In this document: piece after piece, positions 56,139 through 64,000 of the stretch
How positions within the stretch are numbered: the stretch's first letter is position 1
Layout of the letters: every line of letters begins with the position of its first letter
The notes under the pieces: model-generated
The model's database searches: none
The model's input: the letters and a program-made list of their open reading frames with translations, nothing else
Told to the model about the DNA's origin: nothing
DNA from: an uncultured Candidatus Poseidoniales archaeon
GTDB lineage: Archaea; Thermoplasmatota; Poseidoniia; Poseidoniales; Thalassarchaeaceae
Assembly: GCA_964563355.1 (NCBI GenBank)
Contig: CAZLVU010000004.1
Coordinates: 17,733-81,732, forward strand
Length of the DNA: 64,000 nucleotides
Direction: 5' to 3'
Position numbers and translations under genes: made by a program

Positions 56139-57917
56139 TCACTTGGAGTAGAAGTATTCGCCGGAAGCCTTCTGCTCCCGGTCCTTTCTACTGGAGGGCT
56201 TGTTTATCCTTGGACGGTGCGATTCGACGTCACGTCTGAAAGTCACGCCCACTTCTGAGAGGAAGAGGTTCATCCCCTTGCGTAGCGAGAGGGGGCCTAC
56301 CGCATGTCCGTGCTTTCCGCCCTCTCCTTGGAACACTAGGAGAGAGTCGCTTACAATATCGATGAAGTAGGTGTCATGGTCTATTACCATGGCGGCCTTC
56401 TCATTACTCTCCATGGTCCTCCTAATTGCTTTGGCAGCCTCCATCCTGGCATTGGCGTCGAGGAATGCGCTTGGTTCATCAAATAGGTAGAGGTCTGCAT
56501 CCCTGCCGAGGCACATAGCTATGCTGACAGCTTGGAGCTCGCCTCCAGAAAGCTTCTTGACTCTGAGATCTAACAGTTGGTCAATCTGCAAGGCTCGGAT
56601 AACCTGGGTGTGAAACTCCCCTGACCCCCAAGAGAGTCCAATCTCAGTGTCAAGCCACTCCCTTACAGTCCCTCCGAAGTCGGAGCTGACGTGCTGTGGT
56701 TTGTAGGAAATCTTCGAGTCCATGGTGCACCAACCTTGGTCTGGGTCAATCTCTCCGGCAACCATCCTAACCAATGTTGTCTTTCCGGTGGAGTTGGCTC
56801 CAACGACCCCCACGACCTCGGCTGACCTAACCTGGCCCTCGCCCGTAGTGAGGCGAAAATCTCCCAAGACCTTCTCCATGTCGCCCCATCGCAGCATCAC
56901 CTGACCCATCTCCTCACCCCTCACACGCCCTTTCAGGAACTGAATCGGTTTATCCCTAAAGCGGATGTTTTCCTCGGGCAGGAAACCGTCCAGATATGCG
57001 TTGATGGCCGTTCTGGTGGATCTCGGGGAGGTGAAAATTCCGAATGCGGCTCGCTCCCCATAGACGATATGAATTAGATCACAGAGCACATCTAAGATGG
57101 CAAGATCGTGCTCAACTACTATTGTGCGTTTGCCGCGATTAGCCAGTTCCTGGATGATTCTTACCATCCTCATTCTCTCGTAGATATCCAAGTAAGATGA
57201 GGGCTCATCGAAGAAGTATACGTCTGCCTCCTTTAGTAGCGTGGCGCAGATAGCAACCCGCTGCAGTTCCCCGCCTGACAGTGATTGCAGGTCCCTCTCC
57301 AAGATATGCCCGATGTTCAGTGCATTTGCGAAATCGATCATCTCGCTTCGCTCATCAACCCGCTCAAGCAACTCCTTCACTAGGCCGTCAAATATCCCGG
57401 GAAGCTTGTCCACGTACTGTGGCTTGACTGCAACAACGGAACCTTCCTCAGAAAGGACTTGTAGGTAATCCCTGAGCTCGCCTCGGGGGAAGGAGGTCAC
57501 GACCTCATCCCAATCTTTTGGACCGGAGACCCAGTCACCGAGGTTCGGCCTCACGGTCCCAGAAAGGAGGTTGATTGCTGTTGACTTGCCCATTCCATTT
57601 GGGCCAAGGATGCCGACAACCTTCTCCTCCCTAGGTGCTGGTAGTCGGAACAATCTGAATCCATTCTCCCCATAGCGATGTGTCATCTCCCCTTCTAGCT
57701 CCTCAGGGAGATTTGTGATGATGAGCGCATCGAAGGGGCACTTAGTTACGCAGATGCCGCACCCAATGCATAGGGGTTCTGAGACGATTGGCTTGCCTGA
57801 ATTGTCGTCGAAAACGATGCATTCAATGCCGTTTCGTACTGGGGGGCAGAAGGCCCAGCACTCTTCGTTGCACTTCTTCGGCTGACACCGGTCCTCAAGA
57901 AGCACTGCAACTCTCAC
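56139..57917 (-). CDS. Ribosome recycling ATPase ABCE1 (RLI1)
   Basis: N-terminal Fe-S cysteines (CQPKKC..EC..CP, CIGCGIC..KCPF), two ABC domains with LSGGELQ, RPRINK..S.KDREQK. Confidence 0.96.
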   Translation of the reverse strand: MRVAVLLEDRCQPKKCNEECWAFCPPVRNGIECIVFDDNSGKPIVSEPLCIGCGICVTKCPFDALIITNLPEELEGEMTHRYGENGFRLFRLPAPREEKVVGILGPNGMGKSTAINLLSGTVRPNLGDWVSGPKDWDEVVTSFPRGELRDYLQVLSEEGSVVAVKPQYVDKLPGIFDGLVKELLERVDERSEMIDFANALNIGHILERDLQSLSGGELQRVAICATLLKEADVYFFDEPSSYLDIYERMRMVRIIQELANRGKRTIVVEHDLAILDVLCDLIHIVYGERAAFGIFTSPRSTRTAINAYLDGFLPEENIRFRDKPIQFLKGRVRGEEMGQVMLRWGDMEKVLGDFRLTTGEGQVRSAEVVGVVGANSTGKTTLVRMVAGEIDPDQGWCTMDSKISYKPQHVSSDFGGTVREWLDTEIGLSWGSGEFHTQVIRALQIDQLLDLRVKKLSGGELQAVSIAMCLGRDADLYLFDEPSAFLDANARMEAAKAIRRTMESNEKAAMVIDHDTYFIDIVSDSLLVFQGEGGKHGHAVGPLSLRKGMNLFLSEVGVTFRRDVESHRPRINKPSSRKDREQKASGEYFYSK

Positions 57918-57981
57918 GTCCTCCCCTCCCACTATTCTCTCAATACTTCTTCCATTGGAATTGCCCCATGGGGGCTTTCTC

Positions 57982-59238
57982 TCAGAGTCCGATGAATCTG
58001 AACCTAGCATAAACATAAGCGGCTAGAAACATCTTCTCGGATTTTGAGAGTTGGATTCTCTGGCTGAAGACGTCCCCGTCTCGCTTGATTATCTTCTTCA
58101 TGATTGAGTTGTAGAAAGAGGCCATTGCTGCGGGGGAGTAGCGGGAGGACTTATCCAGATATGGGAGCAGCTTGAAGGCTCGTTCCCTGTAGACTTCGGC
58201 CCTCTGGAGGTACTCCTTTACGAATGGGGTCCATCCCGGGTGCTTTAGCAGAGCCTGTCCCCCCATCACGTCATCTTCGGTTATGCCCCAGCGAGCGAGG
58301 TCGTCGATGGGGAGGTAAATCCGGTCCCGCTCGGCGTCTTCTTTGACATCTCTGATGATGTTGATCAGTTGCATGAAAATTCCCCATGACTCGGCAAATT
58401 CCCGAGCTCTGATGTCATCATAACCGTAGATCTCGATGCAGACGAGTCCAACGGTTGAAGCGACCCTATAGCAGTATGAATAGAGTTCCTCGAATGTCTG
58501 GTACCTGTTTCTGTGGAAGTCGTTCTCCATACCGCTGATCATGTCGTCGAGAATCTGACGATGCACCCCGAACCTTCTAACGGTGTCCTTCAGAGCGATG
58601 AAGATGGGGTCCGTGGATGTGACGTTGCCATATGCAGTGGAAAGCTTCTTCCTATAGTAGAAGAGTTGGGACATTTTGTCATTGTACGTTGACCTGTCGA
58701 TGACTGGTTTCCCCGGACTGAGTCGCTCTATCCTTGATATGTACTCCAAAGATTCCGGATCGTCTGATGACCCACCGGGGAATACATCAACGTAGTCACC
58801 ATCAGCGATGTCGTCAGCCCTTCTGCAGAATGCGTAGTAGGCCATAATGGACCTTCGCTTGTCCTCTGGCAGATACTTGAAAGAATGATAGAAGTTTCCG
58901 GCCTCCCTCTTGGTTAGTTCCTCGCAGAAGTCATATGCCGCCTCAATCATGTGCTCAGGAACTTCTGGCTCTGTCCAAATTGCTGCATCTATGTGCCTGA
59001 AAGGATTGACTAGCTCGCCCCTAGAGCCAATTACGCCCATGAAAAGGGCGCCCTCCCTCATCGCCTCTAGAGCTGTAATACTGATGGCATGAGCGGCTTC
59101 CTTGGTAAGTTCTACAGCCCCCCTGATAATGTCCAGAGCCTGATCTGATTCCTCGAAGTGCTCGACGTTTTGGCTCTTTTCGAGCCCGTCGGGGATTATG
59201 TTCTCGGCGTGGGTATCTTGACTCGTTGCCATCCCCAT
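57982..59238 (-). CDS. Phytoene/squalene synthase family (CrtB/HpnD-like)
   Basis: NFY..F..LP..KR..I...YAFCR.ADD.AD, YCYRVASTVGL, G..MQL.NI.RDV.ED....RIYLP. Start uncertain. Confidence 0.9.
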   Translation of the reverse strand: MGMATSQDTHAENIIPDGLEKSQNVEHFEESDQALDIIRGAVELTKEAAHAISITALEAMREGALFMGVIGSRGELVNPFRHIDAAIWTEPEVPEHMIEAAYDFCEELTKREAGNFYHSFKYLPEDKRRSIMAYYAFCRRADDIADGDYVDVFPGGSSDDPESLEYISRIERLSPGKPVIDRSTYNDKMSQLFYYRKKLSTAYGNVTSTDPIFIALKDTVRRFGVHRQILDDMISGMENDFHRNRYQTFEELYSYCYRVASTVGLVCIEIYGYDDIRAREFAESWGIFMQLINIIRDVKEDAERDRIYLPIDDLARWGITEDDVMGGQALLKHPGWTPFVKEYLQRAEVYRERAFKLLPYLDKSSRYSPAAMASFYNSIMKKIIKRDGDVFSQRIQLSKSEKMFLAAYVYARFRFIGL

Positions 59239-59341
59239 CCCTATTACGGGCGGTAAAGGGTTCCTCTTGAACATCACCCGAGCACGACTGACTGTCACTT
59301 CACTTGCCTAGGATGGCAGTAGTACGGCAATGTTGTGAGGG

Positions 59342-60355
59342 TCACTGTGCCTCGAGAAGCTTCTTGCTTCTCCCATTGAATGGCAGTGCGAGGAGGATCT
59401 TGTTTCTCATCTCCTTGACCTCCCTCCTGGAAACCTTGATTCGGTTATTAGAGTCAAGAACATTGCTAATTCGGAGCATGGTCAGAGTTTGCTTGCCTAA
59501 CAGTACCGGAAACATACATGCTCCTCGGAGCCTATACTGGCCATGTGGCAACATCCCGATGTACTCCACTGCAGCAGCTAGGTGCTGTGAAGCGATTTCG
59601 ATGTAGTCCTCGTAGATTGGTCGGAATTTCTCCATGTTTGAGGGGTCGAGAAGGTCGCTGACCGCCAATCCACTGACTTCGAGTGACTCTCTAGGCACAT
59701 AGCAACGTCCCAATCTCAAATCTTCCGGGATGTCACGGAGAATGTTGATCAGTTGCAATGCTTTTCCAAATCTGACGCTCCTGTGAAAAAGGAAGTCTGC
59801 TGTTTCGTCATCTGCTTTGAAAAGGTGGTCTATGGACATGCGAGTCCAGAACTCGCCTACGCTCCCGGCCACCCTGTATGCGTAGTCATCTAGTTCTCCT
59901 TTGTCCCTAAGAGAGATGATGTTGGTCTCGGATGCCTTGGAGAACCTTTCCAAATCTAGAGCCTGACCACTCACAATAATGTCCAAACAGTTACGGATGT
60001 GCTTCTGGTCGGATTCATTGAAATTGGCTATACAGGCTACTGTTTCAGTTACCTTGCGCAGCAACTTCATCTCGGATTCGTTACTTTGCGCCGAAGCAAG
60101 GTCAGAGAGATCTGGTGATACTTCGGACCGACCTTGGGCCTTCTCGTTGTACTCTTTCAGTGCCTGAATTCTTCTCTCCGGCAGCCCTGCCTCGGAGTCT
60201 GCTATGGTGTCAGAGGTTCTAGCTAGGAGGTATAGTAGCCCGATCTGGGAACGAGTCTTGGACGGAAGCTGCTTTAGGGAGAGGTAGAATGATCTGGAGG
60301 TTCCCTCCAATATGGAGTCTAACTCCGGCCCTAGCAGCTCCGCCATACTGGACAA
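59342..60355 (-). CDS. Squalene synthase-like (farnesyl-diphosphate farnesyltransferase family)
   Basis: TSRSF, YLLAR..DTIAD, LD.Y.Y.VAG.VGEF, FGKALQL.NILRD...D...GRCY.P. Confidence 0.88.
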   Translation of the reverse strand: MSSMAELLGPELDSILEGTSRSFYLSLKQLPSKTRSQIGLLYLLARTSDTIADSEAGLPERRIQALKEYNEKAQGRSEVSPDLSDLASAQSNESEMKLLRKVTETVACIANFNESDQKHIRNCLDIIVSGQALDLERFSKASETNIISLRDKGELDDYAYRVAGSVGEFWTRMSIDHLFKADDETADFLFHRSVRFGKALQLINILRDIPEDLRLGRCYVPRESLEVSGLAVSDLLDPSNMEKFRPIYEDYIEIASQHLAAAVEYIGMLPHGQYRLRGACMFPVLLGKQTLTMLRISNVLDSNNRIKVSRREVKEMRNKILLALPFNGRSKKLLEAQ

Positions 60356-60385
60356 CCCTGGATGCTATGCCGTATGGACTCACTC

Positions 60386-61315
60386 CTAAGACTCTCGTAG
60401 GCCGGCATCAACCAAGGCACTGAGCAGGGTGTCCCCTATCTTGGATGGATCCCTAGCAATGCGTATTCCGGCGTCCTCGAACGCCGCGAACTTCTCCTCT
60501 GCTGTGCCCTTGCCTCCGGAAATTATCGCCCCAGCGTGGCCCATGCGCTTTCCCGGGGGAGCAGTGGCGCCTGCGACGAACCCGATCAGAGGTTTGGAGA
60601 AGTTGGCCTTAGCCCACATTGCAGCCTCCTCTTCGGCTGTACCGCCTATCTCCCCAATCATGACTACCGCCTCGGTCTCTGGGTCTTTCTCAAACGCTTC
60701 TAGGCAGTCGATAAAACCGGTGCCATTCACCGGATCGCCGCCGATTCCAACGCAGGTGGTCTGACCCTCACCTACGCCCATGGTCTGCGCTACAGCCTCG
60801 TAGGTAAGGGTCCCTGACCTAGAAATGATTCCAATTCGGCCCTTAGCATGAATGTGGGCGGGCATAATCCCAATCTTGCAGCCTCCGTCCTCCCCGGGGC
60901 TAATGATGCCTGGGCAGTTTGGTCCGATCAGCCTAACTCCTGGCCTTTGGTCGATGTGAGCAACTACGCTGACCATATCGAGAGTTGCAATTCCCTCAGT
61001 GATGCAAATGATCAGTCCACCTTCATTCAATCCATGGAACGCATCTGCGGCTTCTGTGATTGCCTGTGCTGCGAACCTTGCTGGAACGTAGATAACGCTC
61101 GCATCAGCGCCGGTGGCGGATACAGCTTCAGACATCGAGTCGAAGACGGGGACTTTTCTACCGGGAAGAGGGACGGTCTGCCCTCCCTTCCCAGGGGTTA
61201 CACCTCCGACTATGTCGGTACCGTATTCTGCCATCCTAGAAGCGTGGAAGGTCCCCTGACTGCCGGTAATCCCCTGAACCAAGACCTTGCTGCCTTCATT
61301 GATCCAGATGCTCAT
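60386..61315 (-). CDS. sucD: Succinyl-CoA synthetase alpha subunit
   Basis: [39 protein letters not shown]. Confidence 0.97.
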   Translation of the reverse strand: MSIWINEGSKVLVQGITGSQGTFHASRMAEYGTDIVGGVTPGKGGQTVPLPGRKVPVFDSMSEAVSATGADASVIYVPARFAAQAITEAADAFHGLNEGGLIICITEGIATLDMVSVVAHIDQRPGVRLIGPNCPGIISPGEDGGCKIGIMPAHIHAKGRIGIISRSGTLTYEAVAQTMGVGEGQTTCVGIGGDPVNGTGFIDCLEAFEKDPETEAVVMIGEIGGTAEEEAAMWAKANFSKPLIGFVAGATAPPGKRMGHAGAIISGGKGTAEEKFAAFEDAGIRIARDPSKIGDTLLSALVDAGLRES

Positions 61316-62523
61316 CTAGAGTCACCTCCGATGACCCTGACTATGGCCTCACCTGCCTCAGCCAGAGTGCTTACGGTAACCACATCCAAGTCGCTTTCCT
61401 CGAGGGCCTCTCTCCCCTCGATGTGGTTTGTGCCAGAGAACCGTACAACCAGCGGGACCCCTAGTCCAACATCCCGGGAGGCCTCAATGATGCAGTGAGC
61501 CACCATGTCGCAGCGGATGATCCCCCCGAAGATATTGACCAGAATCCCCTCCAATCTGGAATCCTCAAGTATGATTCCGAAGGCTGTCGTGATAGATTCT
61601 CTGTCCGCACCTCCCCCGATGTCGAGGAAGTTTGCCGGCTCCCCCCCATAGAGCTTGATCACATCCATCGTCGCCATGGCCAGACCAGCGCCATTCACCA
61701 GGCATCCGATGTTTCCCTCCAGGTCTACATACGAAAGTCCATGCTCATGGGCACGAACCTCGATCTCGGATTCCTCGGACAGGTCCCTAAGCTCCGCCCT
61801 CCATGGGTGTCTGAAGTTGGCGTTTTCATCGAAGCTCACCTTGGCATCAAGAGCTACCATGGTGTCGTCCGCTGTCCTAACCAAGGGATTGATTTCAATC
61901 ATCGAACAGTCCCTGTCGATGAACAGTCGAGAGAGGTTGATCACAAGGTTCGCGAACGAGTCTTGGGCTGATTCAGAAAGACCGAGAGATTGTGCAAGAG
62001 AGAATAGCTGTGAGTCTTCAATGCCCTGAATTGGATCCAACCATGCCTTGTGGATTGCCTCTGGTGAGGTCTCAGCGACCTCCTCGATATCAACTCCTCC
62101 TTCGGTTGAAGCCATTATCAGAACCGTTTGCTCCTCTCGGTCGATCAATAGAGCGAGATAATACTCATGAGCAATGTCACATCCAGCCTCAATGTATAGG
62201 TTGCTAACGATTTTACCTGCTGGCCCGGTCTGTTTGGTCACAAGTTTGTGACCGAGAATATTCGAAGCAAAACCCTCCACATCGTCTCTAGAAGAGGCGA
62301 CCTTGACGCCGCCCTCCATCACTAGATCCCCAGAGTCAGGGCTGTACAGTTTCCCCTTCCCTCGGCCACCGGCGTGAATCTGGCTCTTTACGGCCACGAT
62401 TCCCGAGCCTAGGGAGTCATAGGCATTCAGAGCCTCCTCAACGCTTTTGCAGTGTACGCCATCTTGTACCGGAATCCCTGATTCCCTAAACAGAGCCTTT
62501 GCCTGATATTCGTGAATGTTCAT
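61312..62523 (-). CDS. sucC: Succinyl-CoA synthetase beta subunit
   Basis: [48 protein letters not shown]. Confidence 0.97.
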   Translation of the reverse strand: MNIHEYQAKALFRESGIPVQDGVHCKSVEEALNAYDSLGSGIVAVKSQIHAGGRGKGKLYSPDSGDLVMEGGVKVASSRDDVEGFASNILGHKLVTKQTGPAGKIVSNLYIEAGCDIAHEYYLALLIDREEQTVLIMASTEGGVDIEEVAETSPEAIHKAWLDPIQGIEDSQLFSLAQSLGLSESAQDSFANLVINLSRLFIDRDCSMIEINPLVRTADDTMVALDAKVSFDENANFRHPWRAELRDLSEESEIEVRAHEHGLSYVDLEGNIGCLVNGAGLAMATMDVIKLYGGEPANFLDIGGGADRESITTAFGIILEDSRLEGILVNIFGGIIRCDMVAHCIIEASRDVGLGVPLVVRFSGTNHIEGREALEESDLDVVTVSTLAEAGEAIVRVIGGDSR

Positions 62524-62623
62524 CTGGTTTGCCCAATCGCGGCATGGCCTTGAACGATGCGGCCGTCCACTTCCTGATGGCATCTCACGAAGCGATGAAA
62601 GGCCTCGACTTATTGCGGTGGGT

Positions 62624-63586
62624 GTGGACGTGATTGTTCTCGCAGGAGGATTTGGGACTAGGCTTCGTCCTTGGACCGAGGACACCCCTAAGCCCCTACT
62701 GCCGATACTAGACAAATCCATGATTGAGCACGTCGTAGCTGTGTTGCCTGAATCCCAAGTTAGCAGGGTGCTGATAGCAGCAGGGTATGGCATTGAGAAG
62801 ATGAGGGGGCACTTCGCTGGAATTGAGCTGCCTTATGAAGTTCGAATTGTCGAGGAGACCTCGCCACTGGGAACTGGGGGTGCCATAGCTAACTGCAGGG
62901 AGCATCTTTCTGGGGGAACATTCTGCGTAATCAATGGGGATCTGATAACCAGCCTCAAAGTAGAGGAGATGCTGGAATTCCACAAGAGAAATGGCGGAAT
63001 AGCGACCATCTCACTGTGGGAGGTAGAGGACCCATCTAGGTTCGGCGTAGCCGACTACATCCAAGATTCTGGGAAGATCAAGAGGTTTCAGGAGAAGCCC
63101 CCAAGGGAGGAGGCCTACTCAAACCTGATCAATGCGGGGACCTACATACTCGAGCCTGAAATTTTCAATTTGATGCCAGAGGGTGCCCATAGTATGGAAA
63201 GGGACGTTTACGTAGACCTCGCTGCAGCAGGAGGACTGAATGGATTTCCGTTCGAGGGTTGGTTCGTTGATGCCGGTACGCCACAGTCGTACATCGAAGC
63301 CATGCAGGTCTGTGTCTCTGAGGGAAGCTTCGTGAGAGGTTCCATCGGAGGCGACTCCTGGTTTGACGAGGGTGCAGCCAACTCGGGGGATGTCAGTGGG
63401 AGTGCTATAGGTGCGTGCGTTGTAATTGGGGAAGGCTCCGAAATACGCAACTCCGTTGTGCTCGAGGGAGCAAACATTGCCCCGGGATGCGTGATTGATG
63501 GATGCTTGATCGGAATGGGCGCAAAGATTCCTGAAGGTGAGAAGTTAACCGGTGAAATAGTGAGCCATGGATTCGGTTCAGACTAA
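62624..63586 (+). CDS. NDP-sugar pyrophosphorylase (mannose-1-P guanylyltransferase-like)
   Basis: LAGGFGTRLRP.T..TPKPL, PLGTGGA, NGD, FQEKP, NAG.Y, W.D.GTP, C-terminal hexapeptide repeats. Confidence 0.9.
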   Translation: MDVIVLAGGFGTRLRPWTEDTPKPLLPILDKSMIEHVVAVLPESQVSRVLIAAGYGIEKMRGHFAGIELPYEVRIVEETSPLGTGGAIANCREHLSGGTFCVINGDLITSLKVEEMLEFHKRNGGIATISLWEVEDPSRFGVADYIQDSGKIKRFQEKPPREEAYSNLINAGTYILEPEIFNLMPEGAHSMERDVYVDLAAAGGLNGFPFEGWFVDAGTPQSYIEAMQVCVSEGSFVRGSIGGDSWFDEGAANSGDVSGSAIGACVVIGEGSEIRNSVVLEGANIAPGCVIDGCLIGMGAKIPEGEKLTGEIVSHGFGSD

Positions 63587-63674
63587 TTTGTGGCATGGGC
63601 TTTCCCAATAAACTCGCATTAGGCCTTGTTCTAATCCCCGTCACCGTCAAAGAGGCCCGTCGACTCGCGGTGCC

Positions 63675-64000
63675 GTGAGCGGCACCCTTGTAGTTGTCAA
63701 CTTCAAGACATACCAGACGGCGCATGGCGGGTCTGCCGAGGAGCTGGCCAGGGTAATGGCCAACATGAAAACCGATGCCAGGCTTGTTGCTGCAGTTTCT
63801 CCCTTCGACCTATCGGCCGTGGTGGGGGTGGCGCCAAACCTGGAGGTTTGGTGCCAACACCTCGACCCCATAGTCTTCGGGTCCAATACAGGATGGCTCC
63901 ACCCCTCCACCGCTATTGAGAGGGGGGCGACTGGGACTCTGATCAATCACGCCGAGCACAAGGTTAGCCCAGAGCATGTGGCTATGCTACTGGAGCAGGT
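63675..64000 (+). CDS. tpiA: Triosephosphate isomerase, archaeal type (partial, runs off the window end)
   Basis: Manual translation from GTG 63675: SGTLVVVNFKTY...QHLDP...GSNTG...GTLINHAEH. Confidence 0.92.
   Translation, partial: MSGTLVVVNFKTYQTAHGGSAEELARVMANMKTDARLVAAVSPFDLSAVVGVAPNLEVWCQHLDPIVFGSNTGWLHPSTAIERGATGTLINHAEHKVSPEHVAMLLEQ

Noticed and set aside
1..64000. CRISPR arrays, transposases, prophage genes, rRNA, and the many short antisense ORFs in the track
   Set aside because: No regularly spaced repeats or mobile-element motifs were seen by eye. The antisense ORFs are shadows of well-supported genes.

Overview
Gene-dense archaeal chromosomal window, most consistent with Marine Group II Euryarchaeota (Ca. 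Poseidoniales, Thermoplasmatota). This assignment is inferred from archaeal informational genes (Orc1/Cdc6, PCNA, TFS, fibrillarin/Nop5, ABCE1) mixed with bacterial-type metabolic genes. It contains a complete A/V-type ATP synthase operon (H-I-K-E-C-F-A-B-D), isoprenoid and quinone genes, CoA biosynthesis (panE, coaD-DPCK fusion), gluconeogenesis (glpX, class I fba, tpiA), sucCD, moaC/moaE, tRNA-Gly(TCC), and cdc6 with two AT-rich origin-like intergenic regions. The most notable items are: (1) a BoxB-type di-iron benzoyl-CoA epoxidase next to a half-size BoxC-like crotonase and a 3-hydroxyacyl-CoA dehydrogenase, with no BoxA, suggesting a streamlined aromatic-CoA epoxidation system in an archaeon; (2) a ~310-nt multi-helix intergenic element that matches no RNA family I recognise; (3) apparently inactive or highly divergent paralogs of HemC, site-2 protease and TBP. 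I saw no rRNA, CRISPR array or mobile element. Start codons were adjusted by eye where the ORF track over-extends. All family assignments are by motif recognition, not database search.
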